A stretch of 64,000 nt of DNA from an uncultured bacterium (GCA_937951485.1 CALEDJ010000045.1:59356-123355); one strand, 5' to 3'. Counted from the stretch's first letter, positions 1 to 10,030 are shown. Numbers and translations are program-made. Notes: generated from the letters alone by a model not told the origin.

Positions 1-951
1 CGTGGCGACATCATCCTGCTGGGCGCGGGCGGGAAGATGGGGCCGTCGCTGGCGCGGATGGCGCGGCGCGCGGCGGACAGCGCAGACGCCAGGTGGACGC
101 CCCGGCGCGTGATTGCGGTGTCGCGCTTTTCGGAGGTCGGGCTGGAGGCACGTCTTCGTGGTCATGGTATCAAGACCATTGCCTGCGACCTTCTGGACCC
201 CGATGCGGTGGAACGACTGCCCGACGCACCCAATGTGATCTTCATGACGGGGATGAAATTCGGGGCGACCGACAACGCGGCGCGCACATGGGCGATGAAC
301 GCCTGGCTGCCGGGCATCGTCTGCGCGCGGTACCGCGCGAGCCGCATCGTCGCGTTCTCCACCGGCAACGTCTATGGGCTGTGCCCGGTGGCGTTGGGCG
401 GGTCGCGGGAAGACGATGCGCTGCGCCCCGACGGCGAATACGCGATGAGTTGCCTGGGCCGGGAGCGCATCTTCGAGCATTTCAGCCGGGAATGGCGGAT
501 TCATACCGCGCTGATTCGCCTGAACTACGCCTGCGAGATGCGCTATGGCGTGCTGGTGGATTTGGCGCAGAAAATCTGGCGGGAGGAACCTGTCCCGCTG
601 GCGATGGGCTGTTTCAACGTGATCTGGCAGGGCGATGCCAACGCGGCTGCGTTGGAGGCGCTGGCGCACGCCGCCACGCCGCCGTTCGTAATTAATGTCA
701 CGGGCCCGGAACTGCTGCGCGTGCGCGGGGTCTGCGAGAAGTTGGCGGCAATCATGGGCAAGCGGGTGCGATTTGTCGGCGGGGAGTCGCCGGATGCGCT
801 GATGAGTGACGCGCGCCGCGCGCATGAATTGTTCGGGCCGCCGCGCGTGAACGCCGACACATTAGTCCGATGGGTGGCGGATTGGGTGATGCGCGGCGGG
901 GAGACCTTGGGCAAACCCACCCACTTTGAGGTGCGCGATGGCCGATTCTGA
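1..951 (+). CDS. NAD-dependent epimerase/dehydratase family protein (5' truncated by window)
   Basis: Frame 1 is open from base 1 and reads RGDIILLGAGGKMG (Rossmann GxxGxxG); extended-SDR motifs STGNVYG and YAMSC; overlaps the next gene. Confidence 0.85.
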   Translation, partial: RGDIILLGAGGKMGPSLARMARRAADSADARWTPRRVIAVSRFSEVGLEARLRGHGIKTIACDLLDPDAVERLPDAPNVIFMTGMKFGATDNAARTWAMNAWLPGIVCARYRASRIVAFSTGNVYGLCPVALGGSREDDALRPDGEYAMSCLGRERIFEHFSREWRIHTALIRLNYACEMRYGVLVDLAQKIWREEPVPLAMGCFNVIWQGDANAAALEALAHAATPPFVINVTGPELLRVRGVCEKLAAIMGKRVRFVGGESPDALMSDARRAHELFGPPRVNADTLVRWVADWVMRGGETLGKPTHFEVRDGRF

Positions 952-2023
952 ATGCGCCAATCCTCATGCGGCGGAAAGCGTCTGGGATGCATTGCGGCGC
1001 GGCATGGTCATTCCGGCGCATCCGCTGGCGCTCAATGCCCGTCGTCGCATGGATGAGCGCCGCCAGCGCGCGCTCAGCCGCTACTACCTCGCGGCGGGCG
1101 GGGGCGGCCTCGCCATCGGCGTGCACACCACGCAGTTTGCCATCCGCGACCCGAAGGTCGGCCTGTTTCAACCCGTGATCGAACTGGCGGCCGAGGAAAT
1201 GAACCGGGCCGACGCTGCGCGGCGCGTGCCGGTTTTGCGCATCGGCGGCATCTGCGGGCGCACGCCGCAGGCGGTCACCGAGGCGCGCCTGCTCGCCGAC
1301 CTCGGTTACCATGCCGGGCTGATCAGCCTCGCCGCATTGCGGGGTGCGGATGAAGACGCGCTGATCCACCATTGCCGCGCCGTCGCGGAGTGCATCCCGC
1401 TCTTTGGTTTCTATCTCCAGCCGGCGGTGGGCGGGCGCATCCTGTCGTATCGGTTCTGGCGGCGCTTCATGGAGATTGATCGCGTGGTCGCGATCAAGAT
1501 CGCGCCTTTCAACCGCTACCAGACGCTTGACGTGGTGCGCGCCGCCGCCGAGTCGGGCCGCGAGGACATCGCGCTCTACACCGGCAACGACGACGCGATC
1601 GTGGCCGACCTCATCACGCCGTACCGCTTCCTTGTGAATGGGCGCCCGGTCGAGCGGCGCATCGTCGGCGGCTTGCTCGGCCACTGGGCCGTGTGGACGC
1701 ATGCTGCCGTGGCATTGCACGCCGAATGCCGCCGCGTCGCCATCTCCGGCGAGGCTGTTCCGGCGGCGCTGCTGCGGCAGGCCGTCGAAATCACCGACTG
1801 CAACGCCGCCTTTTTCGACGCGGCCAACGGATTCGCAGGATGCATCGCGGGTTTGCACGAAGTGCTGCGCCGCCAGGGATTTTTGGAAGGCGTCTGGTGT
1901 CTCGATCCCAGGGAGGGCTTAAGCCCAGGACAAATGGCCGCAATTGACCGCGTCCTCGAATCCTACCCCCACCTGAACGACGACGCATTCGTCGCGGCCC
2001 ACCGCGACGAATGGCTCGCGTAA
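938..2023 (+). CDS. Dihydrodipicolinate synthase (DapA)-like aldolase family protein
   Basis: TIM-barrel class I aldolase pattern: IPAHPLAL, GVHTTQF, FYLQPAVGG, Schiff-base-type AIKIAPF, YTGND; ATG at 938 overlaps the upstream gene. Confidence 0.8.
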   Translation: MADSECANPHAAESVWDALRRGMVIPAHPLALNARRRMDERRQRALSRYYLAAGGGGLAIGVHTTQFAIRDPKVGLFQPVIELAAEEMNRADAARRVPVLRIGGICGRTPQAVTEARLLADLGYHAGLISLAALRGADEDALIHHCRAVAECIPLFGFYLQPAVGGRILSYRFWRRFMEIDRVVAIKIAPFNRYQTLDVVRAAAESGREDIALYTGNDDAIVADLITPYRFLVNGRPVERRIVGGLLGHWAVWTHAAVALHAECRRVAISGEAVPAALLRQAVEITDCNAAFFDAANGFAGCIAGLHEVLRRQGFLEGVWCLDPREGLSPGQMAAIDRVLESYPHLNDDAFVAAHRDEWLA

Positions 2024-2243
2024 TGCGAACAAAGCAGACGCGGCATCCTGCCGCGTCAGTTCGGGTCGGAGCGGAGGTGTACCGCGCCTCCGCGGCGCGC
2101 CTGCGCCGCGTACAGCCCCAGCCCACTATGGAGACCTTCGGTCGGGCGAAGTGCCTTGTCCCCGGCGCTTCGCGCGATATTGAACCTGCGCCGCGTTCGG
2201 CCTATTCTTGCCCCGATATCAAGTACGCGAAGGGAGCAAAGGA

Positions 2244-4871
2244 ATGATTACCCTGCAACTGCTATTGATCTTCATCACGGCGTTCGGCCCTGCGGATTAT
2301 CTGCCGCTTTTCGAGCGGGTTTTCGGGGATGCCGTGCGCTTCGATCCGGCGAAGGTTCAGCAGGTCCTCAATGCGAAGCCCGGCGAACGCCGCTACTTCG
2401 ACACGACCGGCGACGGACGGCCCAACGAAGTGTGGTATGTCTGTCTGTCGCCGAGGCATCCCGAAAACACGCGCCCGGTGCTTGTGCGCGTGATTGATGA
2501 GGACAGCGATCTGGAATGGGGCGGCGATGCGGACCTTGACAGCGACCTCTACATCGCCGACTGGAAGGCGGACGGCATCGTGGATGTCGTGCTGGATTAC
2601 ACGGATTTCGACGGCGACGGGGATGTGGACCAGGTGGGGATGTACAAGCCGTCGTATCGGCGCACGGACACGCCGGAGATCATGGTGTGGTGGGGGATGG
2701 ATGTCGGCGACGACAACCTGCTGTGGTATGACGTGGCCTACGGCTACCGACAAAAGGAATGCCAGACGCGCAGTCACTTCGGCGGCAACGAGGTCTTCGC
2801 CGCGTTCACGTTGAGCGCGGACGACGCCTTCTGGGTCCCGCGATGGGAGAATCCCTTCGCGTTCTACGATCACGACGGCGACACCGCGGCGGAGGAGGTG
2901 GTCCGCATCGAGGCTGAAAACTACGAGGTGTACAACCTCCGCCACAGTTTCGACGTGGACAACAACAATGCGGCGGAGAATCCGCGCAATTTCGACGTGT
3001 CCATCTCCGCCCATGCGCCGGACGCGCCGACGGAAAGCATCCTCATGACGCCGGGATTCCTGGAGGGGCGCACCAACGGCGGCATGCAGTTCGACCCCGC
3101 CATCGCGCGTTGCTATACGCTGCGCGGTATCCCCACCGGGCCGATACTCGACTATTATGCCGCGCCCGGTTTCGCCCTGCGCGAAACCTGGGCGGACATG
3201 CTGCTGACCTGGAACGAAAATGATCTGAACATTGACACGACGCGGGGGCCGGACGGCCGGTTCCTGGACACGCAGGAGCGGTGGGAGGGCATCATCCCGC
3301 CGGGCACGGAGGGCTTCCATCAAATCGGCGGGCCGCACTGCGGCCACTACAACAAACGGTACGAACTGCGCACCACGACCGGAACCGTTCGCGTCTATTT
3401 CTCGCCCACGGACAACCGGGTGCACCTGCACGGCGCGCAACGCGCCTGGCTCATCGTGGACTATGACTACGACGACACGCCGGACGCGCGATACGACTAT
3501 TTCGACACCAGCGGCGACGGATACATGGATCGGTGGGAATTCGACGCGGACGGCGACGGCGTGGCGGACGACGCCTGGACGGCGGGCGATGCTCCATGCA
3601 TGGGCCTGCCCTATACATGGAGCGCCCTGCACGCCGTCGTGACGCCTGTGCTGGACAGCGGCCTGAAGGACCTCTTCGCGCTTGGAAATACGTTGGAGCA
3701 GGCACTGGCGCAGTCCGGCGTGACGGCCCCGGACCCCATCAGCCGTTTTGTGCGCAGCGGCTTTGATTCTCCGCTGCTGGACACGGATTTGCGCGATCGT
3801 CTGATTGCCAGCAACCAGACATGGTTCTATTACCTCGATGTGCTGAAGGACCGCCTGATCGTGCGGTTGAAGCGCGCCCATCCCGATGTGGATTTCTGGG
3901 CCGCATTCGATGCGCTGCGCGCCACGGGTTCCTATGAACGCATGCGGCGGCATATCACCGGACAATTCTCCATTGATGAACGCGAAGCCGCTTCGTTGAG
4001 TGACCTCCAATCTGCGTTGCTCAAACAACTGGCGCGTCCGCGCGTGGCCTGGGCGCAGGACTGGGTCCCGCCGAACATCGGTTGGGAAAACGAGATGGCG
4101 ACGTATCGCGCGTACTGGGGGCAGTTCGATTTCTTCGGCAAGTCGCGGCCCGGCCTGATCCTGCCGGAAATCGCACAGGCCGGCGACTACCACAAGGAGC
4201 AGGACTGGGGCATGGACGCGCTTCACGTCGGCGAGACCTGCGGGCTGGGCGGCGCAACGCTCTATGTGAACGGCGCGGCGTACCCCGTATACAGTCCCGG
4301 CGGCAAAGGGCCGATCCGCTGGTCGAAACGGTTATTGTCAGAATCACCGGAGGCGGTGCGCGTGGAACTTCTTGCGGAAAACGTCGGCCCCGGAAATGCC
4401 CCCTATACCGTGCGTTTCGTGTGCAGCGCCATCGCGGAGGTGGAAAAACGGACCGAAGCCTTCGTGTTCCCCGACGGCGCGATTGGCGAGGTTTCGCGCG
4501 GCGCGCGCCGCAAGCAACGCAAGGATTCCCCCATCGAGATCACGGTGGAGGGCGGGCGTCCCGATGATGTGGTCGAACTCGGCATCGGCCTTGTGCGCCT
4601 GCCCAATGAGACCTTCGCCCTGGAAACCCAGCGCGGCGTCATGGCCGCGCGCGGCGTGCAGGATCCGGCCATCGGCCTGGTCGGCATCGCCGTCATTTTC
4701 CCCCGCACCGCCTACCTTCGTTACGCGGCGCTCCCGGCGGAGCATCAGGTCATCCTGCGCATCGAACGGGGCGCGCCGTTGGAATACGCCATCGCAGGCG
4801 ATTGGCTGAACGGCCGCCGCTTCCCCAGGTGTCCAAGCCTCATGGATTGGGTCCGCGAACTCGGCGATTAG
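2244..4871 (+). CDS. Large secreted protein with Dx[DN]xDG Ca-binding repeats and a C-terminal DUF4861-like domain
   Basis: RBS-like AGGGAG/AAGG before ATG 2244; hydrophobic N-terminus; DFDGDGD, DHDGD, DTSGDG, DADGDG repeats; C-terminal IGWENE..YRAY and YHKEQDWGMDALHVG..CGLGG resemble DUF4861. Confidence 0.65.
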   Translation: MITLQLLLIFITAFGPADYLPLFERVFGDAVRFDPAKVQQVLNAKPGERRYFDTTGDGRPNEVWYVCLSPRHPENTRPVLVRVIDEDSDLEWGGDADLDSDLYIADWKADGIVDVVLDYTDFDGDGDVDQVGMYKPSYRRTDTPEIMVWWGMDVGDDNLLWYDVAYGYRQKECQTRSHFGGNEVFAAFTLSADDAFWVPRWENPFAFYDHDGDTAAEEVVRIEAENYEVYNLRHSFDVDNNNAAENPRNFDVSISAHAPDAPTESILMTPGFLEGRTNGGMQFDPAIARCYTLRGIPTGPILDYYAAPGFALRETWADMLLTWNENDLNIDTTRGPDGRFLDTQERWEGIIPPGTEGFHQIGGPHCGHYNKRYELRTTTGTVRVYFSPTDNRVHLHGAQRAWLIVDYDYDDTPDARYDYFDTSGDGYMDRWEFDADGDGVADDAWTAGDAPCMGLPYTWSALHAVVTPVLDSGLKDLFALGNTLEQALAQSGVTAPDPISRFVRSGFDSPLLDTDLRDRLIASNQTWFYYLDVLKDRLIVRLKRAHPDVDFWAAFDALRATGSYERMRRHITGQFSIDEREAASLSDLQSALLKQLARPRVAWAQDWVPPNIGWENEMATYRAYWGQFDFFGKSRPGLILPEIAQAGDYHKEQDWGMDALHVGETCGLGGATLYVNGAAYPVYSPGGKGPIRWSKRLLSESPEAVRVELLAENVGPGNAPYTVRFVCSAIAEVEKRTEAFVFPDGAIGEVSRGARRKQRKDSPIEITVEGGRPDDVVELGIGLVRLPNETFALETQRGVMAARGVQDPAIGLVGIAVIFPRTAYLRYAALPAEHQVILRIERGAPLEYAIAGDWLNGRRFPRCPSLMDWVRELGD

Positions 4872-4944
4872 GCGCGCCTTTCACCGGAAGACAAGGGCAG
4901 CAATCCCGCAATCCAGGCAGTGCGCCCAAGGGCGTAAGCAGGCG

Positions 4945-5262
4945 TCACGGCGCCTCGGGGGCGTCTTTGTCCCGCGTTTCCTCTTCTTGGCGGATTCGCT
5001 GCTGGGCGCGATTCCCATATATGATTCCCAAGGGTAGCAGGATTCCGTAGGGAATCCAGAGCAGGAAGCGGTACGGATTGGGCAGGAGAACCATCAGCCC
5101 CAGGAACACGATAATTGCAATCCAGCACACTGCGCATGCTTTTACCATGAAGGCGCGTTCCCGCGCGCTATTGGTGTTCTTGATGCTGAAATAAGCCCCA
5201 ATAATTCCTCCGATCCCGCCACCGATCACGCCGACTATCGCCCCTATCCATCCAGCATGCAT
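4945..5262 (-). CDS. Small hypothetical membrane protein (about 3 TM helices)
   Basis: Strong RBS AAAGGAGG before ATG 5262; 105 aa with a Gly-rich TM segment and two more hydrophobic helices; lower GC than neighbours. Confidence 0.7.
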   Translation of the reverse strand: MHAGWIGAIVGVIGGGIGGIIGAYFSIKNTNSARERAFMVKACAVCWIAIIVFLGLMVLLPNPYRFLLWIPYGILLPLGIIYGNRAQQRIRQEEETRDKDAPEAP

Positions 5263-5465
5263 CCTTTTCCCTCCTTTCTCGACATCTGACGCACCAAGAA
5301 ACAGGGGACTGATTGCCAGTCCTTCTTCTATCTCTTGGTGTAACCCCAACGCCATATCCGGTTCATCCTGAAATCCTCCCTCGGACAGGATCATAGTTAC
5401 CATGCTAGATGCACCCCTTTTTCTCAATATATGTATACATATTCATAATATTTTAGCCGCCTGGC

Positions 5466-5499
5466 GCAACATTATTTCTGCAGTCGGCTCAAATGTTGC
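5466..5499. repeat. Degenerate remnant of the MITE-like inverted end
   Basis: CAGTCGGCTCAAATGTTGC (5481-5499) matches 22557-22575 at 17/19 positions; GCAACATT at 5466 can pair with it. Confidence 0.5.
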
Positions 5500-5711
5500 C
5501 AACAGGTTTTTTCCTGAATCGCCACGAATTGCTGGAACTGTCGGTGAACGCCTGCCTCGTTCGGCCAATGTGTTACAAATGGCCAAGCCGGCAACTGCCA
5601 TGTGAAGAATGCTTTTTGGACTGAGACGAACATCCGGGTATATGCTGGAGGCGCACGGCCTGATCACAAACCGGCTGCGCATATCGGAAACAGGAAAAGG
5701 AAGGTTGAAGG

Positions 5712-7166
5712 ATGCGTGTTTTATGTGGGATCGCAATGCTTACGGGGCTGACGGGATGGGGAATCGCCTGGGCTGCCCCGCCTTGGGAAGCACCTGTTGA
5801 CATCGGCGGGCGACGGGAATTGTTCGTTGACCATTATCTCGTCGAAAGCCTGGAGGGAGCGGCGCTGCACCTGCACGAACCGCGCCCGGCGGGGACCGCC
5901 CTGCAGTTTGACCAGCCTTGGGAAGGGCGCTACTGCGGATATGTGACCGTATTCAAGGACGGCGACCGGTATCGCATGTACTATCGCGGCCTGCCTGACG
6001 CCGGGAAAGACGGATCGGCGGCGGAAACCACGTGTTACGCGGAAAGCGCCGACGGCATTCACTGGGTCAAACCGGAACTGGGTTTGCACACGGTGCACGG
6101 GTCCGCCGCCAACAATGTCGTGCTCGCGAACATGGCCCCATATTCCCATAATTTCGCGCCTTTTCTGGATGCGCGGCCCGGCGTGCCCGCCGCAGAGCGC
6201 TATAAGGCGCTTGGCGGGACGCAGGAAAGCGGCCTGGCGGGGTTTGTCTCCGAGGATGGGCTGCGCTGGCGCAAGATGCAGGACGGTCCGGTGATTACCA
6301 AGGGAGCGCTGGACTCGCAGAACGTCGCGTTCTGGTCGGAAAGCGAAGGTTGTTACGTGTGCTATCTGCGGACGTGGAGCGGAGGCGGGTTTGAGGGATT
6401 TCGCACCATCAGCCGCTGCACCTCGCCGGATTTTCTGACATGGACCGACCCGGTTCCCATGGATTTCGGCGGCACGCCGATGGAGCATCTCTACACCAAC
6501 CAGACGGCGCCCTATTACCGCGCGCCGCATCTGTACATCGCGACCGCGGCGCGTTTCATGCCCGGGCGGCGGGTGGTGTCCAGGGAAGATGCACAACGCC
6601 TGGGGATTGAAGGGCGTTATGACGCGGACTGTTCCGACATCGTGCTGATGAGCACGCGGGGCGGCACGCAGTATGCGCGCACGTTTATGGAAGGCTTCTT
6701 AAAACCAGGCATCGGCCTGGAGAACTGGACTTCGCGGACCAATTACCCCGCATGGGGCATCGTGCCGATTGGCGAAAAGGAAATGGCGATCTATGTCCAG
6801 CACAATTATGGCCAGCCCACCCATCATTTGGTTCGTTATGTCCTGCGCCCGGACGGATTCATCTCTGTGCGTGCGCCCTATGCGGGCGGCGAAATGACTA
6901 CGAAGCCGCTGCTTTTCTCCGGAAGCGAACTGAGCCTGAACTTCGCGACGTCGGCCGCGGGCAGTGTGCGGGTGGAGATTCAGGACGCGCACGGCGCGCC
7001 CCTGGAGGGATTTGCTCTGGCGGACAGCGAGGAACTGATTGGCAATCTGCTGGACCGGACGGCGCGCTGGAACGGGCAGTCGGTGGTGGGGCATCTTGCG
7101 GGGACGCCGGTGCGCCTGCGCTTTGTCATGAAGGATGCCGACCTCTTCGCGCTGCAGTTCCGGTGA
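5712..7166 (+). CDS. Secreted glycoside-hydrolase-like beta-propeller protein (GH32/43/130-like, uncharacterised)
   Basis: Signal peptide ending AWA; RELFVD, YRMYYRG, YAESADGIHW, SEDGLRW (Asp-box-like), LRPDGF; C-terminal beta-sandwich. Confidence 0.7.
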   Translation: MRVLCGIAMLTGLTGWGIAWAAPPWEAPVDIGGRRELFVDHYLVESLEGAALHLHEPRPAGTALQFDQPWEGRYCGYVTVFKDGDRYRMYYRGLPDAGKDGSAAETTCYAESADGIHWVKPELGLHTVHGSAANNVVLANMAPYSHNFAPFLDARPGVPAAERYKALGGTQESGLAGFVSEDGLRWRKMQDGPVITKGALDSQNVAFWSESEGCYVCYLRTWSGGGFEGFRTISRCTSPDFLTWTDPVPMDFGGTPMEHLYTNQTAPYYRAPHLYIATAARFMPGRRVVSREDAQRLGIEGRYDADCSDIVLMSTRGGTQYARTFMEGFLKPGIGLENWTSRTNYPAWGIVPIGEKEMAIYVQHNYGQPTHHLVRYVLRPDGFISVRAPYAGGEMTTKPLLFSGSELSLNFATSAAGSVRVEIQDAHGAPLEGFALADSEELIGNLLDRTARWNGQSVVGHLAGTPVRLRFVMKDADLFALQFR

Positions 7167-7286
7167 TTTCCGGCCGCTGTAACACGCGCTTGCACCGCTT
7201 CCACGGCGCAACGCAGTGCGGAGCGTGTGGGCCCCTTTTTGTCCTTGTTGTCCTTTTCCTGGGATCGGAGACCTTCGGTCGGTCGT

Positions 7287-7400
7287 GTGGCGCGGTCAGG
7301 AGACCGGCCACAACAATAAGTGGCGCGGTCAGGAGACCGGCCACAACAATAAGTGGCGCGGTCAGGAGACCGGCCACAACAAGGAAACCGGCCACAACAA
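7287..7400. repeat. 33-bp tandem repeat (about 3.5 copies) of a REP-like unit
   Basis: GTGGCGCGGTCAGGAGACCGGCCACAACAATAA at 7287, 7320 and 7353 (slightly truncated), plus a partial copy at 7383-7400; lies between convergent genes. Confidence 0.9.
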
Positions 7401-7409
7401 CCCGGGCGG

Positions 7410-8843
7410 TCAATATTCCTTGCGCATGGACGCCTTAAGGATGCCCATCATCTCGCGGTATTTGGTGACGGTGCGGCGGGCGATGTTGACGCCTTCGCGT
7501 TCCTTGATGATCTCGGCGATGCGTTGATCGCTGAGCGGCTTGCGCTTGTCTTCTTCGTCAATGATCTTCTTGACCAGCGCCTGGATGCTCTTGGAGGATT
7601 GGTTGTCGCCGTTGTCCGCGCTCAGTCCTGGGGAGAAGAAATACTTCAGTTCAAACAGGCCCTGGGGGGTCTGGATGTACTTTCCCCGGGTGGTCCGGGC
7701 GACGGTGGATTCGTGCACGCCGACCACATCGGCCACGTTCTGCAGGGTGAGCGGGCGGATATGTTCCACGCCCTTTTCCAGGAAGGCCTGCTGAAAATCC
7801 ACGATGGCCTGGGCCACTTTGAGAATGGTTTCCTGGCGGTGGGTGAGATTGCGGCGCAGCCAGTTTGCCGCTTCAATCTTCTCGCGAATGTAGTCCTTTT
7901 CCTGTTTGGACATGCTGCCTTTGCGCACAGTGGCGAGATATTTTTCATTGACGCGGATTTCCGGGACGCGTTCGCTGACCAGTCGTACGACATATTGGTC
8001 GTCAATCTTTTCCACCACGACGTCAGGGGTGATGTACTGGGTCGCGCTGCCTGCGTACTCAAGGCCCGGCCAGGGATTGAGCGCCTTGAGCATACCCTTC
8101 AGTTCCTCCACACGCTCCGGCTTGACCTTCATCTCGCGCGCGATCTGCGGGATCTGGTTGCGCAGCAGCGCGTCGAGGTGGTCGCGCACCAGACATTTGA
8201 GGTCCTCCTCTTCAGGATGAAAGGCCTCGATCTGGAGGAGCAGGCATTCCTTCATGTCGCGCGCGCCCACGCCGGTGGGTTCGAAGCGCTTGATCATATC
8301 CAGCACCTGGTTTACCGCCTCCTCAGAGACGCCCAATTCCTTCGCGATTTCCGCGACATCCCCGGTGAAAAAGCCCTTTTCGTTGATTTCGCCGATGATG
8401 ATCCGCTCGCCGATGGCGTACTCGGCGTCTGTTCTCGCGGCGAGGCGCATTTGGCTGAGCAGGTGGGCGCGCAGGGATTCATGCTGGGTGATGGAGTCTT
8501 CATAATAGCGCCGTCGGGCGTGCAAGTCCTCGTTGTAACTCAGGTCCTGGCCTTCCCGGTGCTTGATGTCCCACTTGTCGCAATAATCGTCAAGATCAAA
8601 ACAGACATCGAATTCCGGGTCTTCCTGGACGGTTGATTTCTGCTCGGGGGCCGTCGCGGGCGGCTCTTCGGTGCGGGATACCAGTTCCAGGAAGGGGTTG
8701 TTTTCCAATTCCTGCTGAATATGCTGTTCCAGTTCCACACCGGAAAGTTGCAGAATATGCAAGGCCTGCTGCATCTTCTGCGTCAGCATCAACTGCTGCG
8801 TCTGCTTCTGGGTCTGAACCTGCCGATGTTCCATGCGCAGCAT
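7410..8843 (-). CDS. rpoN: RNA polymerase sigma-54 factor
   Basis: Gln-rich region I (QKQTQQLMLTQKMQQAL..LQL), NPFLE, HTH VHESTVAR, RpoN box ARRTVTKYRE. Confidence 0.97.
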   Translation of the reverse strand: MLRMEHRQVQTQKQTQQLMLTQKMQQALHILQLSGVELEQHIQQELENNPFLELVSRTEEPPATAPEQKSTVQEDPEFDVCFDLDDYCDKWDIKHREGQDLSYNEDLHARRRYYEDSITQHESLRAHLLSQMRLAARTDAEYAIGERIIIGEINEKGFFTGDVAEIAKELGVSEEAVNQVLDMIKRFEPTGVGARDMKECLLLQIEAFHPEEEDLKCLVRDHLDALLRNQIPQIAREMKVKPERVEELKGMLKALNPWPGLEYAGSATQYITPDVVVEKIDDQYVVRLVSERVPEIRVNEKYLATVRKGSMSKQEKDYIREKIEAANWLRRNLTHRQETILKVAQAIVDFQQAFLEKGVEHIRPLTLQNVADVVGVHESTVARTTRGKYIQTPQGLFELKYFFSPGLSADNGDNQSSKSIQALVKKIIDEEDKRKPLSDQRIAEIIKEREGVNIARRTVTKYREMMGILKASMRKEY

Positions 8844-8984
8844 TGGCGCGGATTTCCTTTAATTGGCCAGCCATCAACAACCATAGACTGCAAGATGTGG
8901 GGGTGGGAGTCAGCCGCGCTGATGCTTGCGGCAACGAACCCGCGCGGCGCACCCAGGGATGCGTCGCGGTCCACACACCGCTGC

Positions 8985-9013
8985 ATTATAGACGCGCTTC
9001 GGAAATCTGTCAA
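8985..9013 (-). promoter_or_regulatory. Perfect consensus sigma70 promoter upstream of rpoN
   Basis: Minus strand reads TTGACA (9013-9008), 17 nt, TATAAT (8990-8985). Confidence 0.85.
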
Positions 9014-9064
9014 TTGATGCATTGCTGCGTTATACTCTCATCCGCATTTGTGGACATCATCATC

Positions 9065-10030
9065 ATGAAAGCCGTTGTACGAATCCTCGAATCGCTGCCA
9101 GTGAATTTCGGCGTCTTTGTGTCCGAGGTCAGCGCGGCGATGCGCGATATTTTCGGCGACGAGGCGGGCTGTTATTACTGCGATGTGATGGAACAGGGAT
9201 TTCTGGCCAATCTCGCGCACCCGGACGTGGAAGTGCTGGGCATTATGGACGGGGCGCATCTCGCGGCCTATGCGCTCGTGGTGCGACAGGAGGATTACGG
9301 AGAAATTCCATTCATTCACGTGTTGCGCCGCTTTGAAGGGCAGGGATTGGAGGGCGCACTCATTCGCGAAGCCGCGCGCCGGCTGATCGATTCAGGGGTG
9401 CGGCGCATTCTCTGCGAGTTTGTGCCGGCATGTCGGATGGAACTGGATGCGGCGCTGCTTCCGATCGGCTTCGCTCGCATCGCGCGGCTGCTGATGCGCG
9501 CACCGCTGGATGCACCCGCGCTGCGCAGGACGTCCGAGAGCACGGCCGCCGGTGCGTCGGAATGTCTGGGCGACATGGCCGCATGTCTCGCCGACGCCTA
9601 TGTGGGCCATCCCGAGCGGGACCTGCACAACGAGGCGCTGGACGCCGTCCGCGCGGAGGCGTATCTGCGGCGCGTTGAAGCGGGGGAATACGGTCGTTCG
9701 CATCCGGGGTATCTGCGCGCCGCCTGCGTGAATGGCCGGTGCGTGGGCATGGCGGCGGCATGCGAAACGCCGCCAGGCCTGGGTTTCGTGCTGCATGTGG
9801 CGGTGGCGCGGGCTTTTCAAGGCCGGGGTATCGGACAGGCCCTGCTTGTGGAACTCGCGCGGGTTTTCCGCGCCGACGGCTTGGAATACATGGGCCTCGG
9901 AGTCACCCTGGACAATCCCGCCCGGCGCCTCTATGAACGGCTCGGATTCCGGCCCCTGTGCGCGATTAGCACCTATATCCGGCGCGGAGCGCCCGACGCT
10001 GCGGCGGAAGGGGACCCCTCATGGCCCTGA
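9065..10030 (+). CDS. Tandem GNAT-family N-acetyltransferase
   Basis: Two acetyl-CoA motifs (IHVLRRFEGQGLEGAL; VAVARAFQGRGIGQAL) and NPARRLYERLGF. Confidence 0.85.
   Translation: MKAVVRILESLPVNFGVFVSEVSAAMRDIFGDEAGCYYCDVMEQGFLANLAHPDVEVLGIMDGAHLAAYALVVRQEDYGEIPFIHVLRRFEGQGLEGALIREAARRLIDSGVRRILCEFVPACRMELDAALLPIGFARIARLLMRAPLDAPALRRTSESTAAGASECLGDMAACLADAYVGHPERDLHNEALDAVRAEAYLRRVEAGEYGRSHPGYLRAACVNGRCVGMAAACETPPGLGFVLHVAVARAFQGRGIGQALLVELARVFRADGLEYMGLGVTLDNPARRLYERLGFRPLCAISTYIRRGAPDAAAEGDPSWP

Noticed and set aside
2262-4226. Long antisense ORFs (also 7353-8636, 14430-16775, 30355-32703, 33030-35696, 37457-39364, 56042-57778)
   Set aside because: Shadow ORFs opposite well-supported genes, expected in high-GC DNA; no recognisable motifs
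7287-7400. Possible CRISPR array (33-bp repeats)
   Set aside because: The units are directly adjacent with no unique spacers and there are no cas genes; it is a tandem REP expansion
8889-8985. tRNA, SRP RNA or 6S RNA upstream of rpoN
   Set aside because: No proper anticodon or T-arm geometry or CCA, no SRP GGAA/AGCAG motif, and too short for 6S; kept only as an unknown structured-leader candidate
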